Positions 24,917 through 40,839 are shown, counted from the stretch's first letter. The stretch is 64,000 nt of DNA from Macrostomum lignano (GCA_002269645.1 NIVC01001424.1:186001-250000), one strand, 5' to 3'. The notes: generated from the sequence alone by a model not told the origin. Program-made: numbers and translations.

Positions 24917-26519
24917 TTTCCCCTCAATCCCCCGCGGGACCCTCTTTAGAGCTTGTCGATCTGCAAATGCTGTAGCAAGAAAAAAGTCTGCCATTCACAC
25001 ACAGCAGATGCGCGATTGGCCCGCCATGGCGGTGAGCGATGGCCGGGGAGTGGGCAGACAGGGGACTCGCAAATTCCAACCCCCCTCCATCCCTAGCTGT
25101 TTGCTGTAGTATTTCCAGCGACCTCATCCGCCACAATGGGATGCGGTGGCCTTGAGTAGCTGCGTGAATGTCGCCATTATTGAAGACTCAGGTGTAAGGC
25201 AATGGCAAGGAGGCCCAGAAGCAGTACTTGGCGTTGCAACTCTTCCATTTTCAGATAACCCAACCAAACAATCTTTTTGGTTCAGTTTGCGACAGCAATG
25301 ATTTTAAGCTTGTTCTCATTCATCAGTTACATCCAGTGTTGACAAGAAGTCTGTTGTGCATGAAGCTGAAAAGAAACAACTACAGTCAGTCCTGTAAGAG
25401 TTTCCGATCCAGGTTCTGGCTCAGGGACTCCTTGGCAACGGTTTTGCTGGGCTGGAAAATGACACATTAAGCCCGCTACCGCTGACTATGACCATAAAGA
25501 TTTGGGACTTTTAAATCCTCAGGCAAACGCGACTTATATAGAGGAAGAGAATAAAGTTGAATTGTCGTCAGCTGAGGAAAGGGGAAGAGAAGGGAGCAGA
25601 AGAGGATTGGGGATAATAGAATGTCTGAAAATTTCCAACGTAATAAGATTTGCTTGGAGAGATTCAAGAGGCCGCCCAGGAGAAGATGCAGCGATAAGTT
25701 TTCTAGACTGGGAAAAATTCTTCAACACTCTGACGGGTGTGCATGCACTTAGAAAAGCACTTGGCTCTCAAAGCTTTTTGCAAGGATGCTCTTCGGATCG
25801 GATCAATGGGCCGCGTTCGGTCCACTTACCCACCAATCGGTCGGTCGCTCTTGAAAACGGCGGCAACTTCTACTTAGGCAGCTATAGCTCAATTCTCTCA
25901 GAAGAATGCCGCTTTTTAGTTTTGCTCCTATTGCTAATTTTCTTCTTAACGCTTCAGCAATAGTCTGAGACAGCAACGGGTGAAGGCTTAAGTAATTAAC
26001 TAATAAGTCTGATTGTGGATTTTTCCTCAGACTACCGCATAGGGTTCATTCAGATTGTCTTGTGTTGGCTTATTATTTCAAGCTTCCCCTTAGCACCATA
26101 GACAATCCGTTTCTTAGAATCCACCCAACCATTGGAATGAATTTCCCTATTTCCCGTAAATCCGGGAATTACCGTCTGCTCAACGGCACCAACTCCACCA
26201 AGCAGCCTCCCTCAGCTCGGGGAATAAAGGAAAACGTGTCTTTCGGTCGCAACTTCGCCATCAGGTTTTAAGAAGAACTCGTTTCACACTTGGCTGAGCA
26301 AACTTGAAAGTAAGCTCTTTCATCGCTTGGAGTGGCTCGTTTGTTGTGCGTACAAATTTGCATCTATTTTTGCCTTTGTACTCATCTACTCTCTGCTCCT
26401 CAGTGTAGATGCGTCACTCACGGCGTCATTAACTTGGTGAAACCAGAGTAGAACTTCTGCACTGAGGGAATCTGCTTAAAGAGATTTTCAGATTAATGCA
26501 CAAGGAACAAAGTAGTTAG

Positions 26520-26965
26520 GAATAAATAGACAAAGTAGAAGAGAAAAAGGTAGACAAAGTAGAGAGAGAGAAGTAGACAAAGTAGAGAGAAAAGTAAACA
26601 AAGTAAAAAGAGAAGTAGACCAAGTAGAGAGAGAAGTAGACAGAAGAGAGAGTAGACAAAGTAGAGAGAGAGAAGTAGACAAATTAGAGAGAGAGAAGTA
26701 GACAAAGTAGAGAGAAAAGTAAACAAAGTAAAAAGAGAAGTAGACCAAGTAGAGAGAGAGAAGTAGACAGAAGAGAGAGTAGACAAAGTAGAGAGAGAAA
26801 AGTAGACAATGAAGAGTGAGAGAGAGAGAGAGAAGTAGACAAAGTAGAGAGAGAAGTAGACAATGAGGAGTGAGAGAGAGAGAGAAGTAGACAAAGTAGA
26901 GAGAGAATTAGACAATGAAGAGTGAGAGAGGAGTAGACAAAGGAGAGCGAGAAGTAGACAAAGTT
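26520..26965. repeat. ~18-22-bp minisatellite (agtagacaaagtagagagaga)n
   Basis: Recurrent agtagacaa units. Confidence 0.9.
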
Positions 26966-27564
26966 GAGAGACAAGCAGCAGTAGGGATAAGAAGCAGGAG
27001 TATACAAACACACACACAGAGAAGCAGAGCAGGCCAGTCGCAGCCTTAGCAAACCCGAGCAGTTAATGAGCTCAATTACGTTTGCCGACTCCCGTTCGGA
27101 AAGCCGAGAGCCCATAATCTCCTTTACCATCCTCAAACGCCAAAAGGCTACTTTTTTTGCGGCAAACTCGCCAAGTCGTCTCCTCAGCCTCCCGCCTCCT
27201 CAGCAGCTTCATCAGCGCGGCATTGACTGCTTGAAGCGGTTACATTGCATCTATTTTGGGAATTTTTGGCATCGAATGGGTCAACTGTAGGCTTTGCCAG
27301 CTCGGCTTTCCCAGAATCCTCCCCCTCGCAAGCTTTGAGCACAAGCTATTCTTCATCATCATTTCGTCTCCCTTTCAATGAGTGCCATGCCAGGCGTGGG
27401 TAGGATAAATCAGAGCCCGGAGACTTAATCCCAGCTCAGACGGGACCTCCATCTAGGAAGTAGCAGGCAGCTGGAATCCTCAGCTTTTCTGCTCTGCGGT
27501 CTCCATTCGATTTTCCCACTTCTCGAATAATCTGCATTATTTCAGAAGTTTTCTTTCGATTACT

Positions 27565-28465
27565 GTGCTTATGATTAACACTGCGCGCTTAGGATTAGCA
27601 CTGCGTGCTTATGATTAATACTGCGCGCTTAGGAGTAGTACTGAGCGCTTATGAATGATACTGCGCGCTTATGATTAATACTGCGCGCCTATGATTAGCA
27701 GTGCGCGCCTATGATTAGCAGTGCGCGCTTATGAATGATACTGCGCGCTTAGGATTAGCACTGCGCGCTTATGATTAATACTGCGCACCTATGATTAGCA
27801 CTGCGCGCTTATGAATGATACTGCGCGCTTATGAATAACACTGCACGCCTATGATTAGCACTGCGCGCTTATGAATGATACTGCGCGCTTATGATTAACA
27901 CTGCGCGTTTATGATTAACACTGCGCGCTTATGAATGATACTGCGCGCTTATGATTAACACTGCGCGCTTATGATTAACACTGCGCGCTTATGATTAACA
28001 CTGCGCGCTTATGATTAACACTGCGCGCTTATGAATGATACTGCACGCTTATGATTAATACTGCGCGCCTATGATTAGCACTGCGCGCTTATGAATGATA
28101 CTGCGCGCTTATGATTAACACTGCGCGCTTATGATTACGACTGCGCGCTTACGATTAACACTGCGCGCTTATGATTAATACTGCGCGCTTACGATTAACA
28201 CTGCGCGCTTATGATTAACACTGCGCGCTTATGATTAATACTGCGCGCTTACGATTAACACTGCGCGCTTATGATTAACACTGCGCGCTTATGATTAACA
28301 CTGCGTGCTTATGATTAACACTGCGCGCTTATGATTAACACTGCGCGCCTATGATAAACACTGCGCGCTTACGATTAACACTGCGCGCTTAGAATTAATA
28401 CTGCGCACTTATGAAACTGCGCGCTTATGGTTAACACTGCGCGCTTATGAAACTGCGCGCATATG
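27565..28465. repeat. 20-bp minisatellite (ctgcgcgcttatgattaaca)n, ~45 copies
   Basis: Strict 20-nt period, one GCGCGC per unit. Confidence 0.95.
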
Positions 28466-29025
28466 ACACAATACAAAAAACTCCCCCAAGAATGCATGCA
28501 TTTCATTGCTTGATGCTTGAAAACACTTGCCATATGTCTAACAAAATTTTGCGCATTTCGAATAATAATTAGGGGAATCGGTTGCACTTTTGTGTTTCAC
28601 TGTTTACACAGATAAAGCAGGGCGAGTAAAAAAGCCTCGCTCGCTCCTGCCTCAGAACAGCAAGCAAGGGATCAATCAACTCCGCCTAAAGGCACACAGG
28701 ATGAGGGAAAGAGGGGAGAGAGAGTGGGCGAGCGAGCATTGGGGGGTGGTCTCAATCCCCTGTCATGTCATAATTATTGATAGCCATAAGCATGGCCACA
28801 TATTGGTTCTCTGTTTCCACTCCCCACTCTCTCCCCTCCCCTCATATTCCATCTTTATGAGCGTGCAAAGGATACGCTATTTGGGCTGGGCTACAAAGTG
28901 AGCAGTGCTCAGGCTGTGCCTCTCGGACTTTGTTGACTCTGTCTAGATTTACTATCAGCCTGATGTTTCTTTCTGCATTGCTTTAAATTAGTTGTACGCT
29001 AGTATTAGGCACTGTTCGTGTGAGG

Positions 29026-29495
29026 AGCGCCGTTTTTATGGGCGCCGTTTTTAGGGGCGCCGTTTTTAGGGGCGCCGTTTTTAGGGGCGCCGTTTTTAGG
29101 GGCGCCGTTTTTAGGGGCGCCGTTTTTAGGGGCGCCGTTTAAAGATGGCGCTGTTTTTAGATGACGCCATTTTTGGGGGCGCCGTTTTAAGTAGTGCCGT
29201 TTTTAGAGGCGCCGTTTTTAGGGGCGCCGTTTCTAGGGGCGCCGTTTCTAGGGGCACCGTTTTTAGGGGCGCCGTTTTTAGGGGCGCCATTTTTTAGGGC
29301 GCGGTTTTTGTTGGCGCCGTTATTTGATGGCGCTGTTTATAGGGGCGCTGTTTTTAGCGGCGCCGTTTTTCGAGGCGCCGTTTTTTAATGACGCTGTTTT
29401 TCGTGGCCTGTTTTTAGTAGCGCCGTTTCCCAGTGGCGCCGTTTTAAGAGGCGCTGTTTTTCAATGGCGCCAGTTTTTAGCGGCGCCGTTTTTTA
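29026..29495. repeat. 15-bp array (ggcgccgtttttagg)n
   Basis: Homogeneous at the left end, degenerating to the right. Confidence 0.93.
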
Positions 29496-29719
29496 ACCGT
29501 TCTAACCTGACCTCCGGAACGTCAGACCCGGTATTCCTCTCACTCTCATGCAAGTAAAAATCGATTAAAAAAGTACAAGAAAACGCAGGCATCAGGAAGC
29601 AGGGGTTGGAGTGTGTCGCTTTCCTGAGTGCCTACCACGGAATGAGACTGAGAATGCTTGAGAAGCTTCGCTCCATGAAGAAAAAAATTACGATAATGGC
29701 GTACGATCTGGGGGTCTGA

Positions 29720-30910
<1,191 letters not shown>

Positions 30911-31339
30911 TAACTCCATCAATCTTCGCCCCTCCATCTCTCCCCATCTCTCTATTTCCCTCAATATCCAATCTCATCAAAGGATTAATTTATCAGGGAC
31001 AAACCAGCGCAGCCCCTGCATCAACCAGCCAAGCCATTCAATCGCAATCAAAAAAGGTTTTCTTTTTCTTCTGTGACTTTTTCGATCCAGCCAGAAACGT
31101 AATTTCAAATATTTCTTGAGAGCCTCAGATATTCAAAGAGCCTCGCTTCAGTCATCCGGCTGAGTGCTTGGGAGGCAGGCATCTCCGGTCACTCCGGTGC
31201 ACGCGCACTTTTGCACTCGGTGTCGGCTATAATCCCACAACTCCTGCCCAGAACTTCCTAGATACATCAATTTTATTCCACTGAGGCTGGGAGTCTCCCG
31301 CAATTCTTCCACTGCCTCTGGTCCGGTATGGGCAGCCCG

Positions 31340-33580
31340 AGCCTCTCTCTGCCCCTCTCTCACTCTCCCCTCTTCTTCTCTCTCCCTCTCTCCCTCTCTC
31401 CCTCTTTCCCTCTCTCCCTCTCTCCCTCTCTCCTCTCTCCCTTTCGCCCTCTCTCACTCTCCCCCTCTTCTCCTCTCTCCCTCTCTCCCTCTCTCCCTCT
31501 CTCCCTCTCGTCTCTCCCTCTCCCCCTCTTCTCCTCTCTCCCTCTCTCCATCTCCCTCTCTCCCTCTCCCCATCTTCTCCTCTCTCCCTCTCTCCCTCTC
31601 TCCCTCTCTCCCTCTCGTCTCTCCCTCTCCCCCTCTTCTCCTCTCTCCCTCTCTCCATCTCCCTCTCTCCCTCTCCCCCTCTTCTCCTCTCTCCCTCTCT
31701 CCATCTCCCTCTCTCACTCTCACCCTCTTCTCCTCTCTCCCTCTCTCCCTCTCTCCCTCTCTCCCTCTTCTCCTCTCCCCTTTTCTCCTCTCTCCCTCTC
31801 TCCCTCTCTCCCTCTCTCCCTCTCGTCTCTCCCTCTCCCCCTCTTCTCCTCTCTGCCTCTCTCCATCTCCCTCTCTCCCTCTCTCCCTCTTTCCCTCTCT
31901 CCCTTTCGCCCTCTCTCCCTCTCTCCATCTCCCTCTCTCCCTCTCTCCCTCTTCTCCTCTTTCCCTCTCTCCCTCTTCTCCTCTCTCCCTCTCTCCCTCT
32001 CTCCCTCTCTCCCTCTCGTCTCTCCCTCTCCCCCTCTTCTCCTCTCTCCCTCTCTCCATCTCCCTCTCTCCCTCTCTCCCTCTTTCCCTCTCTCCCTTTC
32101 GCCCTCTCTCCCTCTCTCCTCTTCTCCTCTCTCCCTCTCTCCCTCTCCTCTCTCCCTCTCCCCTCTTCTCCTCTCTCCCTCTCCCCTCTTTTCCTCTCTC
32201 CCTCTCCCCCTCTTCTCCTCTCCCTTTCTCCCTCTCTCCCTCTCTCCCTCTCCTCTCTCCCTCTCCCCCTCTTCTCCTCTCTCCCTCTCTCCCTCTCTCC
32301 CTCTCTCCCTCTTCTCCTCTCCCCTCTGTCCCTCTTCTCTGCCCTACCCTCTCCCATTGCCCCTCTCCCCTCTCTCCCTCTCTCCCTCTCCTCTCTCCCT
32401 CTCTCCCTCTTCTCCTCTCTCCCTCTCTCCCTCTCTCCCTCTTCTCCTCTCCCCTCTGTCCCTCTTCTCTGCCCTACCCTCTCCCATTGCCCCTCTCCCC
32501 TCTCTCCCTCTCTCCCTCTCCTCTCTCCCTCTCTCCCTCTTCTCCTCTCTCCCTCTCTCCCTCTCTCCCTCTTCTCCTCTCCCCTCTGTCCCTCTCTCCT
32601 CTCTCCCTTTCGCCCTCTCTCACTCTCACCCTCTTCTCCTCTCTCCCTCTCTCCCTCTCTCCCTCTCTCCCTCTTCTCCTCTCCCTCTGTCCCTCTCTCC
32701 CTCTCCCCCTCTTCTCCTCTCTCCTCTCTCCATCTCCCTCTCTCCCTCTCTCCCTGTTTCCCTCTCTCTCTCTCTCCCTTTCTCCTCTCTCCCTCTCTCC
32801 CTCTCTCCTCTTCTCCTCTCTCCCTCTCTCCCTCTCCTCTCTCCCTCTCCCCTCTTCTCCTCTCTCCCTCTCCCCCTCTTCTCCTCTCTCCCTCTCTCCC
32901 TCTCTCCCTCCCTCTCTTCCTCTCCCTCTTCCTGCCCTACTCTCCCTTGCCCTCTCCCCTCTCTCTCTCCCTCTCTCTCTCCCTCTCTCCCTCTCTCCTC
33001 TCTCTCCCTCTCTCCCTCTTCTCCTCTCCCCTCTGTCCCTCTTCTCTGCCCTACCCTCTCCCATTGCCCCTCTCCCTCTCTCCCTCTCTCCCTCTCTCTC
33101 CCTCTCTCCCTCTTCTCCTCTCTCCCTCTCTCCCTCTCTCCTCTTCTCCTCTCCCCTCTGTCCCTCTCTCCTCTCTCCCTTTCGCCCTCTCTCACTCTCA
33201 CCCTCTTCTCCTCTCTCCCTCTCTCCCTCTCTCCCTCTCTCCCTCTTCTCCTCTCCCCTCTGTCCCTCTCTCCCTCTCCCCCTCTTCTCCTCTCTCCCTC
33301 TCTCCATCTCCCTCTCTCCCTCTCTCCCTGTTTCCCTCTCTCCCTCTCTCCCTTTCTCCTCTCTCCCTCTCTCCCTCTCTCCTCTTCTCCTCTCTCCCTC
33401 TCTCCCTCTCCTCTCTCCCTCTCCCTCTTCTCCTCTCTCCCTCTCCCCCTCTCCTCTCCTCTCTCCTCTCTCCCTCCTCTCTCTCCCTCCCTCCCTCTTC
33501 TCCTCTCCCCTCTGTCCCTCTTCTCGGCCCTACCCTCTCCCATTGCCCCTCTCCCCTCTCTCCCTCTTCCCCATTCTGTC
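31340..33580. repeat. 2.2-kb polypyrimidine (CT-rich) satellite
   Basis: ctctccct / cttctcct units, almost no purines on the + strand. Confidence 0.95.
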
Positions 33581-34117
33581 CCTCATCGCTCAGCCGCTCT
33601 CTCCCACTCTCACCCATCTCCTATTTCTTTCTTCCAATTTCTGCGCCTTCCTCTATTCTCCAACGCCTCTCTCCTTTCCCAGTTCAATCCAATTCAAAAA
33701 CTGTCAGTCTGGTTTTCCCCTTCGTTTAGTCGAGCGCCTCATCGATTGAAGGCCCAAAGGTCCGGATAGCGAGCCGGAAAGCAAACAGAGCTAATATAGG
33801 CAATCATCTTTTTAGCCTGACCGTGAGATTAAAATTGTATCTCTAGGCTTCTATTGTGCTTGAGTCCATAGCTGGGGGGCTCCTAAGACTGGCGGGTTGC
33901 CGGAAACTAATACGAGAAAAGACAAAGGAACAATGCGCAGGAAATGAGACACACAAGAAGTGAAGACTGCGAGGAGAAAGAAGAGTAGGGGAAGGAAGAG
34001 TCGGAATAGAGGGGAGGAATTCAACAAAAAATTAATGCTCACGAAAATACCTTTCTTCTCTTCATAATGATTGTAGTTTATCAATAAGATTGTAAAGATT
34101 CTCTAATCAAATTGTTA

Positions 34118-34506
34118 AATAGACTACACCGATATGTATCGATCCGATTATAAACTAGACTACACCGATATGTATCGATCCGATTATAAACTAGACTACA
34201 CCGATATGTATCGATCCGATTATAAAATAGACTACACCGATATGTATCGATCCGATTATAAAATAGACTACACCGATATGTATCGATCCGATTATAAACT
34301 AGACTACACCGATATGTATCGATCAGATTGTAAATACTGACTACACCGATATGTATCGATCCGATTATAAACTAGACTACACCGATATGTATCGATCAGA
34401 TTGTAAATACTGACTACACCGATATGTATCGATCCGATTATAAACTAGACTACACCGATATGTATCGATCAGATTGTAAATACTGACTACACCGATATGT
34501 ATCGAA
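34118..34506. repeat. 36/37-bp minisatellite (tagactacaccgatatgtatcgatccgattataaac)n, ~11 copies
   Basis: Exact 36-nt period, with alternating 37-nt variants in the right half. Confidence 0.95.
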
Positions 34507-34994
34507 CAGCTACTAACTTAACTGCACAATATCTTCTTTTGAGAAGGATGAAATATTTATGAAAATTCTATCAAAAAATGATGAGATTAAAACTGAGATG
34601 CCCTGCTGTCCAGCTCAAAGACAGCCAGATTAAAGGTGTAAATTGATAAATTGCATTTCAAAATAATTTGCGCGCTAATCTTGTCGCAAAGTAACCCATT
34701 GGGCTTTTTCGATTTTCACCAAGCAGATTAACGTCAGACAAGAAGCTGATTTGAGCCGGGCATGCAGGTAGAGAAAAGACGACTCAAATTCATTTGGGAT
34801 GTCAAAAAAAATTTCTCTCGAGTTTCAACATAATCCCCTTTGCGTGACTGCATCTGCTCTGGGCCTGCAGTCCACCTGCTGCAATAGTAAATTGAATGGG
34901 ATTAAATTATTGGGATTCAATTGCTGACTGAGCTAAGCAAAACTGAAGCTCTGATAATTCAATTTTCGTTTCATATTTCTTTCCTAATTGTGCG

Positions 34995-36130
<1,136 letters not shown>

Positions 36131-36640
36131 GTCTGTTACAGCGCCAAATTTTTAACATCAATTCTGATATTCTACTAAAGCAACGATTCTTTCATCTCAG
36201 GCAGCAAGAATTCTTTACCTCTGAAAATTCTGTCCTTACCCTGCCGTCTCTGGTGCAGGGTGTCACATTTCAGAGAGTGAGCAGTCATCCCTTATAATCT
36301 CTTAAAAGCCAGCGGATTTAAGAAATCAGAAACTCAGTTTGGACTATGTTGCCATCAAAAGAAGCTCGCAGATGACCAGTTAAAGTTAGGGTGAAAGGGC
36401 CTGCGGGCGCAGTGCAGGCTCGTTAAAAACCACATATTTTATTTTTGGGAAGCTTCAACTTACAACGAACGAATTTTATATTTGGAATCGTAGAATTGAT
36501 TTTTTTGCATAGATGTCCTCAGAATAGTACTGGTAGTAGAAATAGCGAAATAACAACGGCTAATAATAGTCTGTCTGCTTTTGGATACTCGAATCTATCC
36601 TTATAAGTGTGGTCATTGAATCCGCTTCATCCAGCAGCCG

Positions 36641-36874
36641 TCACACAGGCTCAGGCTCGTTGACCTTCGACCTTCGCCGAATTGAAAAGCGCCTGTCAGT
36701 GGGCACCAGAGCGATGCTCAGATCCAGCCGTTGAAATGCCGCCCAGATCTCGTAGCAGCAGAACCAGACGGCTAGCAGGGACCCGACGAGCACCAGGCCA
36801 ACCGTGACCAGGTTCGGGCCGCTGCCGCCGATGAGGGACCACAGGCCGAAGGTGAGGAACAGGCCGGAAACCAC
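36641..36874 (-). CDS. RING-CH (MARCH-like) E3 ligase, exon 4 (TM helices, stop)
   Basis: Polypyrimidine acceptor ttcccactccttcccag|GTG, phase 0. Encodes VVSGLFLTFGLWSLI...LVTVGLVLVGSLLAVWFCCY; TGA at 36643-36641. Confidence 0.7.
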   Translation of the reverse strand: MVSGLFLTFGLWSLIGGSGPNLVTVGLVLVGSLLAVWFCCYEIWAAFQRLDLSIALVPTDRRFSIRRRSKVNEPEPV

Positions 36875-37113
36875 CTGGGAAGGAGTGGGAAAGTCCAGAT
36901 CAGTGCGGGGGACACCCAATGAGGGCCAACCCTCAAGGCACTGAGACTGTACACGCCTAACGATTAGAAAGTCAGGGGCACTGTACACCCCGTGTGAGCG
37001 TAAGTATGAGTGCGTGTCTGTTTACAGTATTGGCGCGCTTGTGCGCTCTGATCTTCGGGACGGTCAAGGACTTCAGGGTCCCCCGTGACCCCTCGGCTGC
37101 CCCCAGAACGCAC

Positions 37114-37602
37114 CAGAAGACACAAGAAGTGCCTCAGCACTGATAGCTGGGCCTTCTTATCGCAGGTGTGCCGTCCGTAGCGACGCGTCACCCGCATGCG
37201 CGACATGCAGTGGGGACACTGGAAGGTCATCTGCCAGCGGCCCCAGCTGTACACCCGACGCTGCAGATAGCGGGACAACAGGCAGGTGGCGTGGATGTAC
37301 TTCTCCTGACGGCAGCGGCACGGCAGGCGTCTCCAGCTGTCCATCCTGGCGGTGAGGTCGGCCAAGCTGGCGCAGCTGTCGTTCACGACGTCAGCGTCGG
37401 CGGTGTAGCAGGCGCAGACCAGGCAGGTCTCCGAGTGCACCCAGCAGCTGTTCCTGCGCTGCTGTCGCCTCTGCTGCTGCTGGCGCGTGCGACTGCGGCT
37501 GGAGGCGGCCGCTGCGGCGCGGGCCGAGGCCGCTGCAGCAGCGAGGTGGTTCAGCGAGGATGACGCGGACGGCGCGAGGCTTATGTCACCGCGCTTAGGC
37601 AG
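37114..37602 (-). CDS. RING-CH (MARCH-like) E3 ligase, exon 3 (C4HC3 RING)
   Basis: Acceptor cttcag at 37604-37603, donor CTG|GTGCGT. Motif CLVC...PCRC...YIHATC...CPHC. Confidence 0.75.
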
Positions 37603-37654
37603 CTGAAGATGTTACAGCGTGGGTTTTATTGGTCTAACTAGTGACAGCTGTTGC

Positions 37655-38945
37655 TTGACATCCTGACACTGCAATCTGACACCCCTGACACTGCAATCTG
37701 ACACACCTGACACTGCAATCTGACACCCCTGACACTGCAATCTGACACACCTGACACTGCAATCTGACACCCCTGACACTGCAATCTGACACCCCTGACA
37801 CTGCAATCTGACACCTGACACTGCAATCAGACACCTCTGACACTGCAATCAGACACCTGAAACTGCAATCAGACACCCCTGACACTGTAATCAGACAGCT
37901 GACACTGCAATCAGACACCCCTGACACTGCAATCAGACACTCCTGACACTGCAATCAGGCACCCCTGACACTGCAATCAGACACCCCTGACACTGCAATC
38001 ACACATCTGACACTGCAATCAGACACCCCTGACACTGCAATCAGACACCCCTGACACTGCAATCAGACACCCCTGACACTGCAATCAGACACCCCTGACA
38101 CTGCTATCAGACACCCCTGACACTGCAATCAGACACCCCTGACACTGCAATCAGACACCCCTGACACTGCTATCAGACACCCCTGATACTGCAATCAGAC
38201 ACCCCTGACACTGCAATCAGACACCTCTGACACTGCAATCACACACCTGACAATGCAATCAGACACCCCTGACACTGCAATCAGACACCCCTAATACTGC
38301 AATCAGAAACCCCTGACACTGCTATCAGACACCCCTGACACTGCAATCAGACACCCCTGACACTGCAATCAGACACCCCTGACACTGCAATCAGACACCA
38401 CTGACACTGCAATCACACACCTGACACTGCAATCACACACCTGACACTGCAATCAGACACTCCTGACACTGCAATCACACACCTGACACTGCAATCAGAC
38501 ACCCCTGACACTGCAATCACACACCTTACACTGCAATCACACACCTGACACTGCAATCAGACACCCCTGAAACTGCAATCAGACACCCCTGACACTGCAA
38601 TCAGACACCTCTGACACTGCAATCAGACACCTCTGACACTGCAATCAGACACCCCTGACACTGCAATCACACACCTGACACTGCAATGAGACACCCCTGG
38701 CACTGCAATCAGACACCCCTGACACTGCAATCAGACACCTCTGACAATGCAATCAGACACCCCTGACACTGCAATCAGACACCTCTGACAATGCAATCAG
38801 ACACCTCTGACACTGCAATCAGACACCCCTGACACTGCAATCACACACCTGACACTGCAATGAGACACCCCTGACACTGCAATCAGACACCCCTGACACT
38901 GCAATCAGACACCCCTGACACTGCAATCAGACACCCCTGACACTC
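37655..38945. repeat. 21/22-bp intronic minisatellite (ctgacactgcaatcagacaccc)n, ~59 copies
   Basis: Fills about 95% of intron 38951-37603. Confidence 0.95.
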
Positions 38946-38951
38946 GCTCAC

Positions 38952-39421
38952 CAGCAGTTGAGGCTGCGACTGCGGCTTCGGCAAAGTGGGGGCAGGCGGT
39001 CGCAGCAGCGAGGGTCCTGAGCCGCCCAGCTGCTCCGAGGCCTCGACAGGTCCCCCGCCGGGGGATCCGCGGGAAATCCGGCGCTGATGCAGCTGTTGGA
39101 GCCACAGCTGCTGGTGCGACAGCTGCTGCTGCGGACTGGTGAGGCTGCCTCCTGACGCCTCCGTGAAGGTGAAAGAGGGCCGCTGCTGCAGCAGAAACAT
39201 CTGACGGTGGCTGCCGCCTCCGCCGGACGCCGTGGTAGCCACCTCCAGGTTGGACAGAAAGTGCGGCACCTCGGCCGCGAGGGCGGCCATCTCGGCCGCG
39301 TTGGGAACGTCCAGGCGGTCGGCGCTCTTCGATTTCGACGCTGATGGAGCTGCAGGGTCGCTGGACGGCACCGAAACGTGGTAGCAGGTGATGTTGAGCT
39401 GGGCGGGGATCGAAGTCTTGC
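38952..39421 (-). CDS. RING-CH (MARCH-like) E3 ligase, exon 2 (low-complexity N-terminal region)
   Basis: Acceptor cccgcag at 39423-39422 (phase 1) and donor CTG|GTGAGC (phase 0), both matching neighbouring exons. Confidence 0.68.
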
Positions 39422-39444
39422 CTGCGGGTGCAGTATAGCTACTG

Positions 39445-39810
<366 letters not shown>

Positions 39811-40361
39811 AACCAGTAAAAAAATACTTACGGCTAAAAACAGCCATTTTGTCGTTATCTTTTTGTACTCAGGCTGAGCAGAAACTTTGCAGCAACTTAT
39901 TTTAAGTCGATAATCAGTCGCAAAAGGTCTAAAAGGTTTCTAGAAGTCAGAAGAATTTTCGATGCAGACAGAGCAACTTCGGCAGTCGCGAGCCTTTTTT
40001 CTCCCTCAAAGCCGGCCGCCGGGTCTCGCAGTTGGCCACTTAGCAAATCAGGTCGAGCCGAGTATTGCGAGACTGGCAGCGGGCAGGGTGAGATAACAAG
40101 GCCAGGCGCGTTTGTACACCGAGAAAATCCCCTGGCCAAAGCCTGGATGGGGATTTACAATTGGGAACGGCTTGTTTTGTGGATGGGGAATGGGGATTGC
40201 CACGGGAACCAATAAGATGCATAGAAGCAAGTACGGGAGATTAGGGGACGAGCTGGATAACTCAGAACTCAGACCTTGCTGTCCAAAGTTTGCCTGGCAA
40301 AAGCAGAAAGAATTTGTCTTGAGCAGATTCATTTCGCGCAGTGCCAACAGAGATGACTCAC

Positions 40362-40434
40362 TCCCAGAGTTGCAATCTGACTTGGGAGACTGGGGTTTCC
40401 GATCCAGGAACTTTATCAGCCATTCGATGTCCAT
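40362..40434 (-). CDS. RING-CH (MARCH-like) E3 ligase, probable exon 1 (MDIEWLIKFLDRKPQSPKSDCNSG)
   Basis: ATG at 40434. Donor A|GTGAGT is phase 1 and matches exon 2. Joined CDS is 1266 nt (421 aa). Confidence 0.5.
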
Positions 40435-40839
40435 AAATTCGCAGCCATAAATTATGTAGTCACAGATGTAATTAATTAACGCTGGAATATTTATCCAGAC
40501 TGCAGATTGTCAATCATCACAATGCAGATTGGCAATTATTGCACTAAATCAATAGCAATAATAGGGCACAATAGAAAATGATCATCCAGTCAAGCATCTG
40601 GCCATAAAATCCCGGAAACTGTGCAGATTTTCCTGACCCAGTCGGCATTGAATACGACCTTTTATTGCATTCATTTTGTCAAGTTGGTGGCAATGCCTCA
40701 GTGGACCAGGTTGCATTATGGCTGTACAGTGAAGTGCAGTGCAGATTATTCCGGTGCTTTGTTGACGTGCACTAATAACATCTGCTGATCTGAAACACCA
40801 AGGTAGATATACCTCTCAGAGGGAGACAATTAGTAGATC

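Noticed and set aside
25502-25963. 153-aa + strand ORF
   Set aside because: No motif, no convincing splice context, and the length is plausible by chance in ~48% GC DNA.
27261-27269. Sm-site-like AATTTTTGG (possible snRNA or SL RNA)
   Set aside because: No recognisable snRNA or spliced-leader sequence or flanking stems.
36875-36956. Alternative acceptor at 36957 with donor at 37025 in the MARCH-like gene
   Set aside because: The phase puts the last exon in a frame without the TM helices. The 37113/36875 pair is phase-consistent and has stronger signals.
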